DNA from: a virus
IMG/VR virus record: IMGVR_UViG_3300029185_000006
DNA length: 41,811 bases
Reading direction: 5' to 3' (one strand)
Every line of letters begins with the position of its first letter. Positions within the stretch are counted from its first letter, which is position 1. The notes beneath the pieces were generated by a model. It searched no databases. It saw only the letters and a list, made by a program, of their open reading frames with translations, and was not told where the DNA came from. Of this stretch, positions 21,483-29,110 are shown in pieces. The translations under genes and the position numbers were made by a program.

Positions 21483-22634
21483 ATGGCAAAAAATACTTAT
21501 GGCAACGGCTCAATTTATTATAGTGAGCCCAAGGGCAAATGGGTAGGTCAAATCAAAGTCGGAATAAAGGCTGACGGTAAAATAAACCGCAGAACCGTTT
21601 ACGGTAGGACAAAAAAAGAAGTAAAAGAAAAGATAAAGCGTATTCAAGCTGAGGTTATAACAGGCGTTTATAAACAGCCAAGTGAGCTCACTATCCCTGA
21701 CTTAGCAAATAGTATTAATGATAACAAAAAAGCATTAAATCAAATCAGCGATACAGCATATCTCAGAAATAAATACACTATCAAAATAATACAAGCAGAT
21801 AGTATTGCGATGATACCAATTCAAAAAATCACAGAAACGGCATTAAATATTTTTTTCTCCAAACAAACTCATTATTCAAATTCGGTAATCAAAAAAATAT
21901 ATGCAATGTGTAACCGAACTTTAAAGAAAGCAATTAAACTAAATATAATAAATAAAAACCCACTCGAGGAAATACAAATGCCAAAATCAATAAAATCAAC
22001 AAGAAAAATTAAAGCTTTAACCATTGAAGAACAAAAAGAATTTATCAAAGCAATAAATGAGGATAACAAAGAGCCTTACAGAACCATGTTACTTTTGGAG
22101 CTTTTCACAGGTATGAGAATGGGCGAAATATGTGCACTTTCCCCCCATTGCATTTATTATAGTCATTCAATGATAGAAATAACAAAAACAATGACAAAGG
22201 ATTCAAACGACAGAACAATCATTAACGATAAAACTAAAACTTACGCAGGACTAAGGCGAATTAAGGTTGATAAATCTGTTATGACCTTATTAAAAAGCTA
22301 TATTGATAATTTCTTTGTAAAAAATGAATATGACTTACTTTTTATTAAAAATGAAAAATTAATAAGCACTAACCAAGTTAATGCTTACTATAAAAGACTG
22401 ATAGAACGATATAACATTTCCGATACAAAAGGTTGCAATCAACACCAACTTCGCCATACTTACGCAACACGAAGCATTGAAAGCGGAATGCCTGCGAAAG
22501 TATTGCAATATAGATTAGGTCACGCAGATATAAGCGTAACTTTAAATACATATTGTGACGTATTCAATGAGTTTGAGGATACATATATTGATAAGACACA
22601 GGACTATCTTTCCTCCCAAGGAATTGCCATATAA
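21483..22634 (+). CDS. int: Tyrosine integrase
   Basis: N-terminal arm-binding-type region. Catalytic HQLRHTYATRS, LGHADISVT and NTYCDV (Tyr). Confidence 0.95.
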   Translation: MAKNTYGNGSIYYSEPKGKWVGQIKVGIKADGKINRRTVYGRTKKEVKEKIKRIQAEVITGVYKQPSELTIPDLANSINDNKKALNQISDTAYLRNKYTIKIIQADSIAMIPIQKITETALNIFFSKQTHYSNSVIKKIYAMCNRTLKKAIKLNIINKNPLEEIQMPKSIKSTRKIKALTIEEQKEFIKAINEDNKEPYRTMLLLELFTGMRMGEICALSPHCIYYSHSMIEITKTMTKDSNDRTIINDKTKTYAGLRRIKVDKSVMTLLKSYIDNFFVKNEYDLLFIKNEKLISTNQVNAYYKRLIERYNISDTKGCNQHQLRHTYATRSIESGMPAKVLQYRLGHADISVTLNTYCDVFNEFEDTYIDKTQDYLSSQGIAI

Positions 22635-22656
22635 AAACAATACAACTTGCATCTAA

Positions 22657-22682
22657 AAAAGGTTGCATTTGGGTTGCATTTT
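22657..22682 (+). repeat. attP arm repeat, copy 1 (two tandem GGTTGCATTT units)
   Basis: aaaaggttgcatttgggttgcatttt is identical to 22873-22898. A degenerate copy (gggtttgcaggtttt) lies at 22752-22766. Confidence 0.75.
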
Positions 22683-22771
22683 CTGTTGATTTTAACCTAT
22701 TTTGTGTTAATTTTAAAAATAGGTAAAGCCTTGAAAAGTGGCTTAATCAGAGGGTTTGCAGGTTTTCGGAT

Positions 22772-22804
22772 AAAAAACAAAGGCTACTGAAAAGTAGCCC
22801 TTTT
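22772..22804. terminator. Bidirectional hairpin next to the attP core (would terminate the restored tRNA on the minus strand)
   Basis: Stem ggctact/agtagcc with loop gaaa. Minus-strand tail TTTGTTTTTT; plus-strand tail CTTTT. Confidence 0.6.
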
Positions 22805-22817
22805 GGTCGGAGTGACA
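22804..22817 (-). promoter_or_regulatory. Putative attP core resembling the 3' end of a tRNA-Pro gene
   Basis: Minus strand reads TGTCACTCCGACCA: acceptor 3' strand CACTCCG, discriminator A, CCA. This implies a CGGAGTG 5' end, as in tRNA-Pro. Followed by a terminator and lies between the arm repeats. Confidence 0.55.
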
Positions 22818-22872
22818 AGACATATTCGTGAAATTTCCTTTATTTAAAAGGGTTTTCAAGACTTAACAAGAT

Positions 22873-22898
22873 AAAAGGTTGCATTTGGGTTGCATTTT
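22873..22898 (+). repeat. attP arm repeat, copy 2
   Basis: Perfect 26-bp direct repeat of 22657-22682, 216 bp away, on the other side of the core. Confidence 0.75.
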
Positions 22899-22920
22899 AA
22901 ATTAGTTCGTATAAACAGCA

Positions 22921-22956
22921 AAAACGCCCTCGGCTGAATAACCGAGGGCGTTTTTT
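22921..22956. terminator. Bidirectional GC-rich terminator at the end of the lysis operon
   Basis: Stem cgccctcgg/ccgagggcg (9 bp) with an 8-nt loop. AAAA on the 5' side and TTTTTT on the 3' side (plus-strand view). Confidence 0.8.
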
Positions 22957-22989
22957 ATGAGATACGTAGTTTTTGGCATCGGACTACGT
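22921..22989 (-). ncRNA. Candidate sRNA-3 (about 69 nt, two hairpins) between the endolysin gene and attP
   Basis: The promoter at 22996-23024 is followed by the 8-bp hairpin tacgtagt/actacgta (22963-22990) and then the 22925-22950 terminator. No ORF. Confidence 0.35.
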
Positions 22990-22995
22990 AACATT

Positions 22996-23024
22996 ATAAT
23001 ATCAATTATATTATACTTTGTCAA
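22996..23024 (-). promoter_or_regulatory. Minus-strand consensus-like promoter overlapping the endolysin stop codon
   Basis: Minus strand reads TTGACA (23024-23019), 17-nt spacer, TGaTATTAT (-10 at 23001-22996). Confidence 0.55.
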
Positions 23025-24424
23025 TGTTTTATTACTTTATACGAATTAATCTTAGCATAAGCTACTCTGCCGGTCTTAACGACCTTAACCTTGTCAACAG
23101 TTGCGCTGATATGCTTTTGAACGACAATTTCAGTTTTTGGCAGATATTCATATTTAATTCCTGTAAGGTTTCGATTTTTATATAAATATGTTTTGCCTTT
23201 TAATCTGTAATGCTTGCCGACGGTTGTTTTATATGTTACCTTTTTTGGTTTATCAGCAACAACCTTGGTTGATGAAAGATAAGCGGTACTTAACCAACCT
23301 TTTGCCGGAGCAGTAATATAAGACCACGAACCACTGACCTTTGCAACAGTCACCTTTGTGCCTTTTTTAAGTTGAGTTAATACTTTTGATGATTTATTAG
23401 CTTTTGCTCGGACATTGAGCGACTGTGACTGAGTAGCAACATACTTGGTAACATTCTTCTTTTTCGTTGAGGTTTTCTTTACATAATCATTTGAGAAAAT
23501 CCAATAATTAACGGTGTTGCCATATTTTTTAAAATTTTTCTCACTCACAAAAACGGTATTGCCGCTAAGCTTAGCGCCTGCTGCGCTTCTGCTCGGTGTG
23601 TTGAACTTACCGACATAAGAATAAGGGTCATAAACGAAAATAGTACCTCCTTTATAGCCAACAAGCACAATGTAATGTCCTGAGGTTGTAAAAAGACCGT
23701 AATTGCAGGATGCGACGATAAAGTAATCAGATACGCCGTCCTTGTTCTTATCCTTTTTCAAATAGTTTAAGGCTTTATCAATATTAGAGGTCGTCGCATA
23801 TTCCTTAAAATTAAAATAGTCAGCCACAAAAGACCAAGCCGACCACGCAGTTCCGTTTGATTTTGTGCGATAGCCGTTATCAACAAAAAGCTTTGCCATT
23901 GTTGCAGGCAAAATAGCACCTTTTGAAGAGCTTACAACCATTGCCGCCGAAGTCGGACCACAACCACTTGATTTAATCGTCTGCGTTTTATTTTTTGAGC
24001 TTGTATAAGGTTTTTTCGCCCACCTGCTATCAGCCTGATTATAATATGTAAGACCGGTGCAAGTACCGAGAAGTGCTTTACCTTTGCCTGTGTTTGTGCC
24101 GTCATAAGAAATATTTTCTTGTTCAACAACAGAATCCTGCTCAATCAAGCTTTCATCAACAACAGTGCTTTCATCTTTAGGCTTTGCGATAATAGGCTTA
24201 TCAGTGCCGACATCTTCACCGTTTTCTACTTCGTCCTTTGTTTTCTCTGCCTCTGTCTTTACATCGGCTGAAATAGTAACTTCAGGCTCGGTTGTTTGCT
24301 CAACAGTAGTCATTTCTGTCGGCTTTGTTGTATTTTCGATATTCGAATTATTGCAACCACAAAAGATTGTAATAACCAAGAGTAGCGACATAATCACGGA
24401 CATTATTGCTTTATTTCTTTTCAT
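23021..24424 (-). CDS. Endolysin candidate: signal/lipobox N-terminus, C39-like cysteine peptidase domain and SH3b-type wall-binding repeats
   Basis: LLLVITIFCGCNNS lipobox-like sequence. KSSGCGPTSAAMV catalytic-Cys motif. C-terminal SLNVRAKANKSSKVLTQLKKGTKVTV...GWLSTAYL is SH3-like. Follows the holins. Confidence 0.7.
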   Translation of the reverse strand: MKRNKAIMSVIMSLLLVITIFCGCNNSNIENTTKPTEMTTVEQTTEPEVTISADVKTEAEKTKDEVENGEDVGTDKPIIAKPKDESTVVDESLIEQDSVVEQENISYDGTNTGKGKALLGTCTGLTYYNQADSRWAKKPYTSSKNKTQTIKSSGCGPTSAAMVVSSSKGAILPATMAKLFVDNGYRTKSNGTAWSAWSFVADYFNFKEYATTSNIDKALNYLKKDKNKDGVSDYFIVASCNYGLFTTSGHYIVLVGYKGGTIFVYDPYSYVGKFNTPSRSAAGAKLSGNTVFVSEKNFKKYGNTVNYWIFSNDYVKKTSTKKKNVTKYVATQSQSLNVRAKANKSSKVLTQLKKGTKVTVAKVSGSWSYITAPAKGWLSTAYLSSTKVVADKPKKVTYKTTVGKHYRLKGKTYLYKNRNLTGIKYEYLPKTEIVVQKHISATVDKVKVVKTGRVAYAKINSYKVIKH

Positions 24425-24761
24425 TGTTCTTCACCTCTTCCTCAATTTCCATAAATGATTTAATTGCGTTTTTTACAGATTCAAACACTCTTTTAAAAAG
24501 CTTGTCGTAGCCATACATTGCACCGTAGGCAATGAAAAATGAGCCTACAATTGCGCCGACAATGATATACCAAACAAGCTTGAACGGTACAATCTGACTT
24601 GCCGCAATGACTGTTACGAGTGTTAAGAATAAGGAAACACCGAATACAATCAAATTATAAACGATATTTTCCTTAAATACGGATTTGATGATTTCTGTAA
24701 TAATTTGCACGGCTAAAATTAGCAGTGCGATAACAATTAACGATATACATAATGTTTTCAT
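24411..24761 (-). CDS. Holin candidate (multi-pass membrane protein)
   Basis: 116 aa with 3-4 hydrophobic segments and a charged C-terminal tail. Overlaps the endolysin start. Confidence 0.65.
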   Translation of the reverse strand: MKTLCISLIVIALLILAVQIITEIIKSVFKENIVYNLIVFGVSLFLTLVTVIAASQIVPFKLVWYIIVGAIVGSFFIAYGAMYGYDKLFKRVFESVKNAIKSFMEIEEEVKNNEKK

Positions 24762-24776
24762 TTTTCTTTTACTCCT

Positions 24777-25013
24777 TTACTTCACAAAATGTTCTTTGCA
24801 TAATTCTTCAAGGTCGTCTATCCTGTGATTCGCAACCTTAATATCGTTTTGAATAAGCGGAATTCTCTCGGCGAAATTATTATGCTTATCCACTTTCCTT
24901 TCAAGCTGTTCAATTCGATAATTTGTAAGCTTTGAAGCGGTAATAATTCCGCCGAATGTACCGATTAGTGTTCCCACCAAGCTTACAAGTGCCACTGCTA
25001 TTGTATCTGTCAT
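24777..25013 (-). CDS. Small membrane-anchored coiled-coil protein of the lysis cassette (XhlA-like or holin accessory)
   Basis: N-terminal TM IAVALVSLVGTLIGTFGGII followed by a coiled coil. Located between the tail fibre genes and the holin. Confidence 0.5.
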   Translation of the reverse strand: MTDTIAVALVSLVGTLIGTFGGIITASKLTNYRIEQLERKVDKHNNFAERIPLIQNDIKVANHRIDDLEELCKEHFVK

Positions 25014-25025
25014 ATCATCACCTCT

Positions 25026-26252
25026 TTATATCTTCTTGAAATAATAATCAAGCAAATCCTTTGCAGCTTCTACGCTTCCGTCAATATCATTTGTATAGGA
25101 TTTGTTTGTAACATCATTAAGAAGCGGATAATCTGATACAACAGAAGTTGCATTTCCTGTAAAATACTTCCTTGCGCTGTAATAATAATCTTCTCCGTTG
25201 TAAGTTATTTTTCCGTCGCTGGTATTAGCATAACTATAACCGCCACCGACATAAGTTACACAATCTGCTTTTTTGCTAACGAGTAAAACGCCTGAATATG
25301 TATCAAATTTTATTACGCAAACAATTGCCAAGCCCCAATTTGATTTTTTGTATTGTTTATTATCAATTGTAGCAATTAATGAATTACTGCCGTATTTTTG
25401 CAGTTCCATTCTTACATTAGGCTCAACATACTCCTCAATAACATAGTCGCTTAAATCCGCACCGAGAACGTTAATAAGATAATCTCTGTTGTTAGTGTAT
25501 CTTTCATCATCAAAGTCGTAATTTTCAATGCACCTAACACGCCCTGAGGTGATAAAACTATTCATCCAAGTTTCCTTGTAAATGTGTAGCATACACTTAG
25601 GAATATAAATATAAGCCGTGCTTTTAATATTGTTTGTATAATCACCGTCAACTGTTGTCACTTCATCCTTGCTCGGAAAAATATGAGCTTGTAAATTAGT
25701 ACAACCGCTAAAAACATTGTATGAATCATAGATTGTTGCACTGCCATCTTTGTTATAAGTTACGCTTTTAAGATTTGAACAACCCTCACACATATATCTT
25801 CCACGCATTTCTTTAAGATGAGGGAAAGAAAGCGAAGTCAAAGCAGTACAACCATTGAAGGTATAATAACCACTAATAGCTAAATCTCTTCCTGATATTT
25901 TTGCTTGCACTAACGAAGTACAACCTTGAAACGCACTACCATTGACTGTATTACAACTTTTTAAATTAACTGAACGCAGTCCTCTGTGCTGATAGAATGC
26001 ACTATTTCTAAGCATAACAATCTTGCCCTCAGTATCATCAATTGACCAATCACTATTAGGATTGATAATATCAGGCTGAATATAATTTCTTAATATGCTG
26101 AACGTATCAATTGTTTTAAGTCTTTTAACCACGTCATCAAGCGTTGCGCTACTGTCAAGCTTATCTGTTTCATCAACGAGATTATTCACAACGTCTATAA
26201 GTTCTAACCTCTGCTGATTTAATTTCAATATATAATCTGCTGTTGCTGCCAT
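25026..26252 (-). CDS. BspA-type leucine-rich-repeat protein (distal tail / receptor-binding candidate)
   Basis: Repeats of the type AFQGCTSL.., FNGCTALTSLSF, CEGCSNLKSVTY and FSGCTNLQAHIF. Last gene of the tail module. Confidence 0.7.
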   Translation of the reverse strand: MAATADYILKLNQQRLELIDVVNNLVDETDKLDSSATLDDVVKRLKTIDTFSILRNYIQPDIINPNSDWSIDDTEGKIVMLRNSAFYQHRGLRSVNLKSCNTVNGSAFQGCTSLVQAKISGRDLAISGYYTFNGCTALTSLSFPHLKEMRGRYMCEGCSNLKSVTYNKDGSATIYDSYNVFSGCTNLQAHIFPSKDEVTTVDGDYTNNIKSTAYIYIPKCMLHIYKETWMNSFITSGRVRCIENYDFDDERYTNNRDYLINVLGADLSDYVIEEYVEPNVRMELQKYGSNSLIATIDNKQYKKSNWGLAIVCVIKFDTYSGVLLVSKKADCVTYVGGGYSYANTSDGKITYNGEDYYYSARKYFTGNATSVVSDYPLLNDVTNKSYTNDIDGSVEAAKDLLDYYFKKI

Positions 26253-27334
26253 TATTCTAAGCCTCCTATAATCTGTTTCAGTTGGTCGTTCGCAATATCA
26301 CCTGTAGCTACTGCCGATAACACTCCGTTTTCAAATTTCAATCCGTTGCCGAGCGTAACAGCTCTGAATTCGGGACGTCCGAGTTTTTCTTTAGTCGAAT
26401 ATACAAGGCCGCCGGTTCTTGCGCAGGGAAGGTTAAATAAATAATGATTAATATCGAAAGCAGTACCCTGAGCGCTTACTACCACGTCCCACAAGGTCGA
26501 ATCGTACTCAGTAGCGCCGATTGCGAATCCTAACTGACCCGACCATACGTCAATGGTACTATATTCATAATTAGCATTATCAGGAAAGTTCTTGCCAATA
26601 TCACCGATATAAACAATATCGCATAAGCATTCCGTTTCTGTTTTGCTGAATTTGAGGTATATTGTGTCGCCTTTATTCACCTTAATTTCAAGAGGAGTAA
26701 ATCCTGTGCCTGCATGAGGATGACCTAAGCGGAAAATTCCGTTTGTGAAAAAGCTGTATTTGCCGTTAGAACTAATGGTACTTGACAAATCGCCGCTGTC
26801 GAGCACCATTGTTTTTTTGGTGATACTTTCAGCAAAATTAGAAATTGTTTTAGTGATTTTCTTTCTTGAATCTAACGGTCTACCGTATGTAAAATTATAA
26901 TCCGATAAATTACTTAATAAGTCGTTGACTTCAAGCGTTGTGATATGGTTGCAATCAGCATTAAACCAATCTCCGTTGCTAAGGTCGCTAACATAAAAAG
27001 TGTTCTCGGAATCGAATACTTGTGCCTCTCCGCCCCGACCGGTAAGAATGAGTATGCCTGCGTATAAGTTCACAAGCAAACTTCCGTCCTCTGTTATGCA
27101 ATTAACGTCATTATTGTTGACAAAATATAAACTGCTTTCTTTTAACTCGCTTACCTTGAAATCTTGGCTTAGAATTGTGATAGGTCGGTTTTGGAGTAAG
27201 GTGTAGTCGGAAACTTTGAGAATATCCTCAATGCTTTTTTGAGCAGTTTTGCCATTAAAAACGCCCAACAAGGTATCATCCTTGTTAGGCGCTCCGATTG
27301 ATTTAATTATATCTTTTAATTTTTTTAGTCCCAT
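26252..27334 (-). CDS. Tail fibre-associated protein, unknown fold
   Basis: 360 aa. ATGA-coupled to the LRR gene. C-terminal GNGLKFENGVLSAV resembles fibre motifs. Confidence 0.6.
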   Translation of the reverse strand: MGLKKLKDIIKSIGAPNKDDTLLGVFNGKTAQKSIEDILKVSDYTLLQNRPITILSQDFKVSELKESSLYFVNNNDVNCITEDGSLLVNLYAGILILTGRGGEAQVFDSENTFYVSDLSNGDWFNADCNHITTLEVNDLLSNLSDYNFTYGRPLDSRKKITKTISNFAESITKKTMVLDSGDLSSTISSNGKYSFFTNGIFRLGHPHAGTGFTPLEIKVNKGDTIYLKFSKTETECLCDIVYIGDIGKNFPDNANYEYSTIDVWSGQLGFAIGATEYDSTLWDVVVSAQGTAFDINHYLFNLPCARTGGLVYSTKEKLGRPEFRAVTLGNGLKFENGVLSAVATGDIANDQLKQIIGGLE

Positions 27335-27345
27335 ATAATACCTCC

Positions 27346-28464
27346 TTAATATACAGCAGGATAAGTAGCTGAAAAGCGAATATGCGTAGCCTGCGGAATA
27401 GAAAGAGAGCCGAATGAATAAAAAATCGCCTGACCGTCAGGATTTATCGCCACAGTAAATATTTCCTTATTACTTGCAATACCAATAACTGATAGCTGAT
27501 TTGCAGGTCGCATACCGACAGGCAACGTCAATATTGCATCTCCTGCTTGCGCATCGCCGTTTACGTCCTTATTAATTTGACAAGTAACCGTAACTGTAAC
27601 TATTCCGTTTTTACGATAAAATTGACAATTGTAAAAATTATAAAATACAGCGCCAAAAGTGACTTGTGATTTATAATCTTGTAGAGGCTCAATTCCTATT
27701 GAAGAAAGAGAGCTTACACCTGTACCGCCGTATTCAACAGGCAACGCCTCATTACTTGAACTAAAAATATGCCGCCATATTACATTATGAGGGTTGTTTT
27801 TATCAAGCAAATGGTTTGAAAGCGTTGATATCGCTTTTTTCACTTTTCCCCAAAGCGTACTCGTTTTGTCGCCTGATGAAACATTTTCAAATCGGTTTGC
27901 TTCTGTAAATTTTGGTACGGCATCACTTGATGAAACATTTTCAACTTTTCCAAGTCCTATTTGTTGAGCAGTAACATTATGAGGATTTTCGTAATTTTCA
28001 GTATGTTCCTTAAATTGATTAACCGTAACAGTATCATAATCGCCTACAGCAACGGTTATATTGTCTGTATCGGTTATAGTAACGGTAACATATCCTACGT
28101 AAAGAGCAATAACACCCTGTTCCATTTTTTCAAGCCTTGCGGGTGCATTATCATAAGCATAAGCATAAAGAACCTCATTGCCGTCCTTATCTTCAGCATA
28201 AAGACCATATTCGCACCAATCAAAGCTTTTAGGAATTTTAGAGGTGTCAAGCTCCCATTTAAGATTTAAGATATTTTGCTTTGTATTATCATAAGAGGTA
28301 AACGGTACACTTGTAACTACATTGCTTAACTCGGTAGCTTCTAAATAATTAGTTTTCTCAACACCGTCACCAAAAGCAACCTTAGTAAATTTAATGCTGT
28401 TACCATTAACCGCTCCGATATGCAGAGCCTTACCGTTATTAGTAAGTTTAAATGCAGTAAACAT
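27346..28464 (-). CDS. Tail fibre protein (tail-collar N-terminal domain)
   Basis: N-terminal FKLTNNGKALHIGAVNG...VAFGDG is tail-collar/DUF3751-like. NPHNVTAQQIGLGKVEN fibre motif. Confidence 0.8.
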   Translation of the reverse strand: MFTAFKLTNNGKALHIGAVNGNSIKFTKVAFGDGVEKTNYLEATELSNVVTSVPFTSYDNTKQNILNLKWELDTSKIPKSFDWCEYGLYAEDKDGNEVLYAYAYDNAPARLEKMEQGVIALYVGYVTVTITDTDNITVAVGDYDTVTVNQFKEHTENYENPHNVTAQQIGLGKVENVSSSDAVPKFTEANRFENVSSGDKTSTLWGKVKKAISTLSNHLLDKNNPHNVIWRHIFSSSNEALPVEYGGTGVSSLSSIGIEPLQDYKSQVTFGAVFYNFYNCQFYRKNGIVTVTVTCQINKDVNGDAQAGDAILTLPVGMRPANQLSVIGIASNKEIFTVAINPDGQAIFYSFGSLSIPQATHIRFSATYPAVY

Positions 28465-28477
28465 TTATTTTTCCTTT

Positions 28478-29110
28478 CTATTCATCGAGAATCAGTATAT
28501 TTCCGTCATCATCGAGAATTACGTTATTTTCATCATCGGCACAATACACTATTGTGTCATCGTTGTACTCTTCAACGCTTATTTGATTTCGTTCCTCGAT
28601 TTTTGTAAGAAAACCGATTTTTAAACTTTCTTCGATTTCAGTTTTGCCGTTCAGCGTGTAATTCACATTCATAGGCAACCACGTATCGATAAAATTTTTA
28701 ATAAGCGGAATATCGACTTTATGAATATTGAGCCATATAGCAAGCTGATAAAATTGCTCTCTGCTATTGTCAACAGTAAAATTATCTTTGCCGCAGTATT
28801 CTTGAAGCTTTGAAATAAATTGCGGCAAGGTCATACTTGCCACTGTATTCCATTGCAACAGCACCTTGTTTCTTCGATTTTCAATACTTTGGCTTGAAGT
28901 AGGAATAATTCCCAAAAGCCGCTCATATTTGGACAATACGGTTGCATCGCAATCCGAAATAAATGCTGAATCAAAATTCCAATCAACCGCTTTGTCAATA
29001 CTCGAAACCTCAATATCGCCCGATTTGCAAAGCTGCTTGAATTCATAATATTCACGCAAAAACGGCGGCAAATATTCTAATAAGGTTTTGGTTTCATTAT
29101 CTGTTGCCAT
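28478..29110 (-). CDS. Baseplate/tail protein, XkdU (DUF2313)-like
   Basis: 210 aa directly after the baseplate J-like gene (ATGA overlap). YLPPFLREY start as in XkdU-type proteins. Confidence 0.65.
   Translation of the reverse strand: MATDNETKTLLEYLPPFLREYYEFKQLCKSGDIEVSSIDKAVDWNFDSAFISDCDATVLSKYERLLGIIPTSSQSIENRRNKVLLQWNTVASMTLPQFISKLQEYCGKDNFTVDNSREQFYQLAIWLNIHKVDIPLIKNFIDTWLPMNVNYTLNGKTEIEESLKIGFLTKIEERNQISVEEYNDDTIVYCADDENNVILDDDGNILILDE

Noticed and set aside
22804-22820. Possible tRNA gene at the int-proximal intergenic region.
   Set aside because: Only the last ~14-17 nt of a tRNA (acceptor 3' strand plus ACCA) are present. The upstream sequence does not form T, anticodon or D arms. 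It is interpreted as the attP core, not a gene.
25026-28464. A diversity-generating retroelement or an invertible (shufflon-type) tail fibre switch.
   Set aside because: There is no reverse transcriptase and no template/variable repeat pair. No second recombinase or inverted-repeat cassettes were seen. The repeated NPHNV and ENVSS motifs are ordinary fibre repeats.
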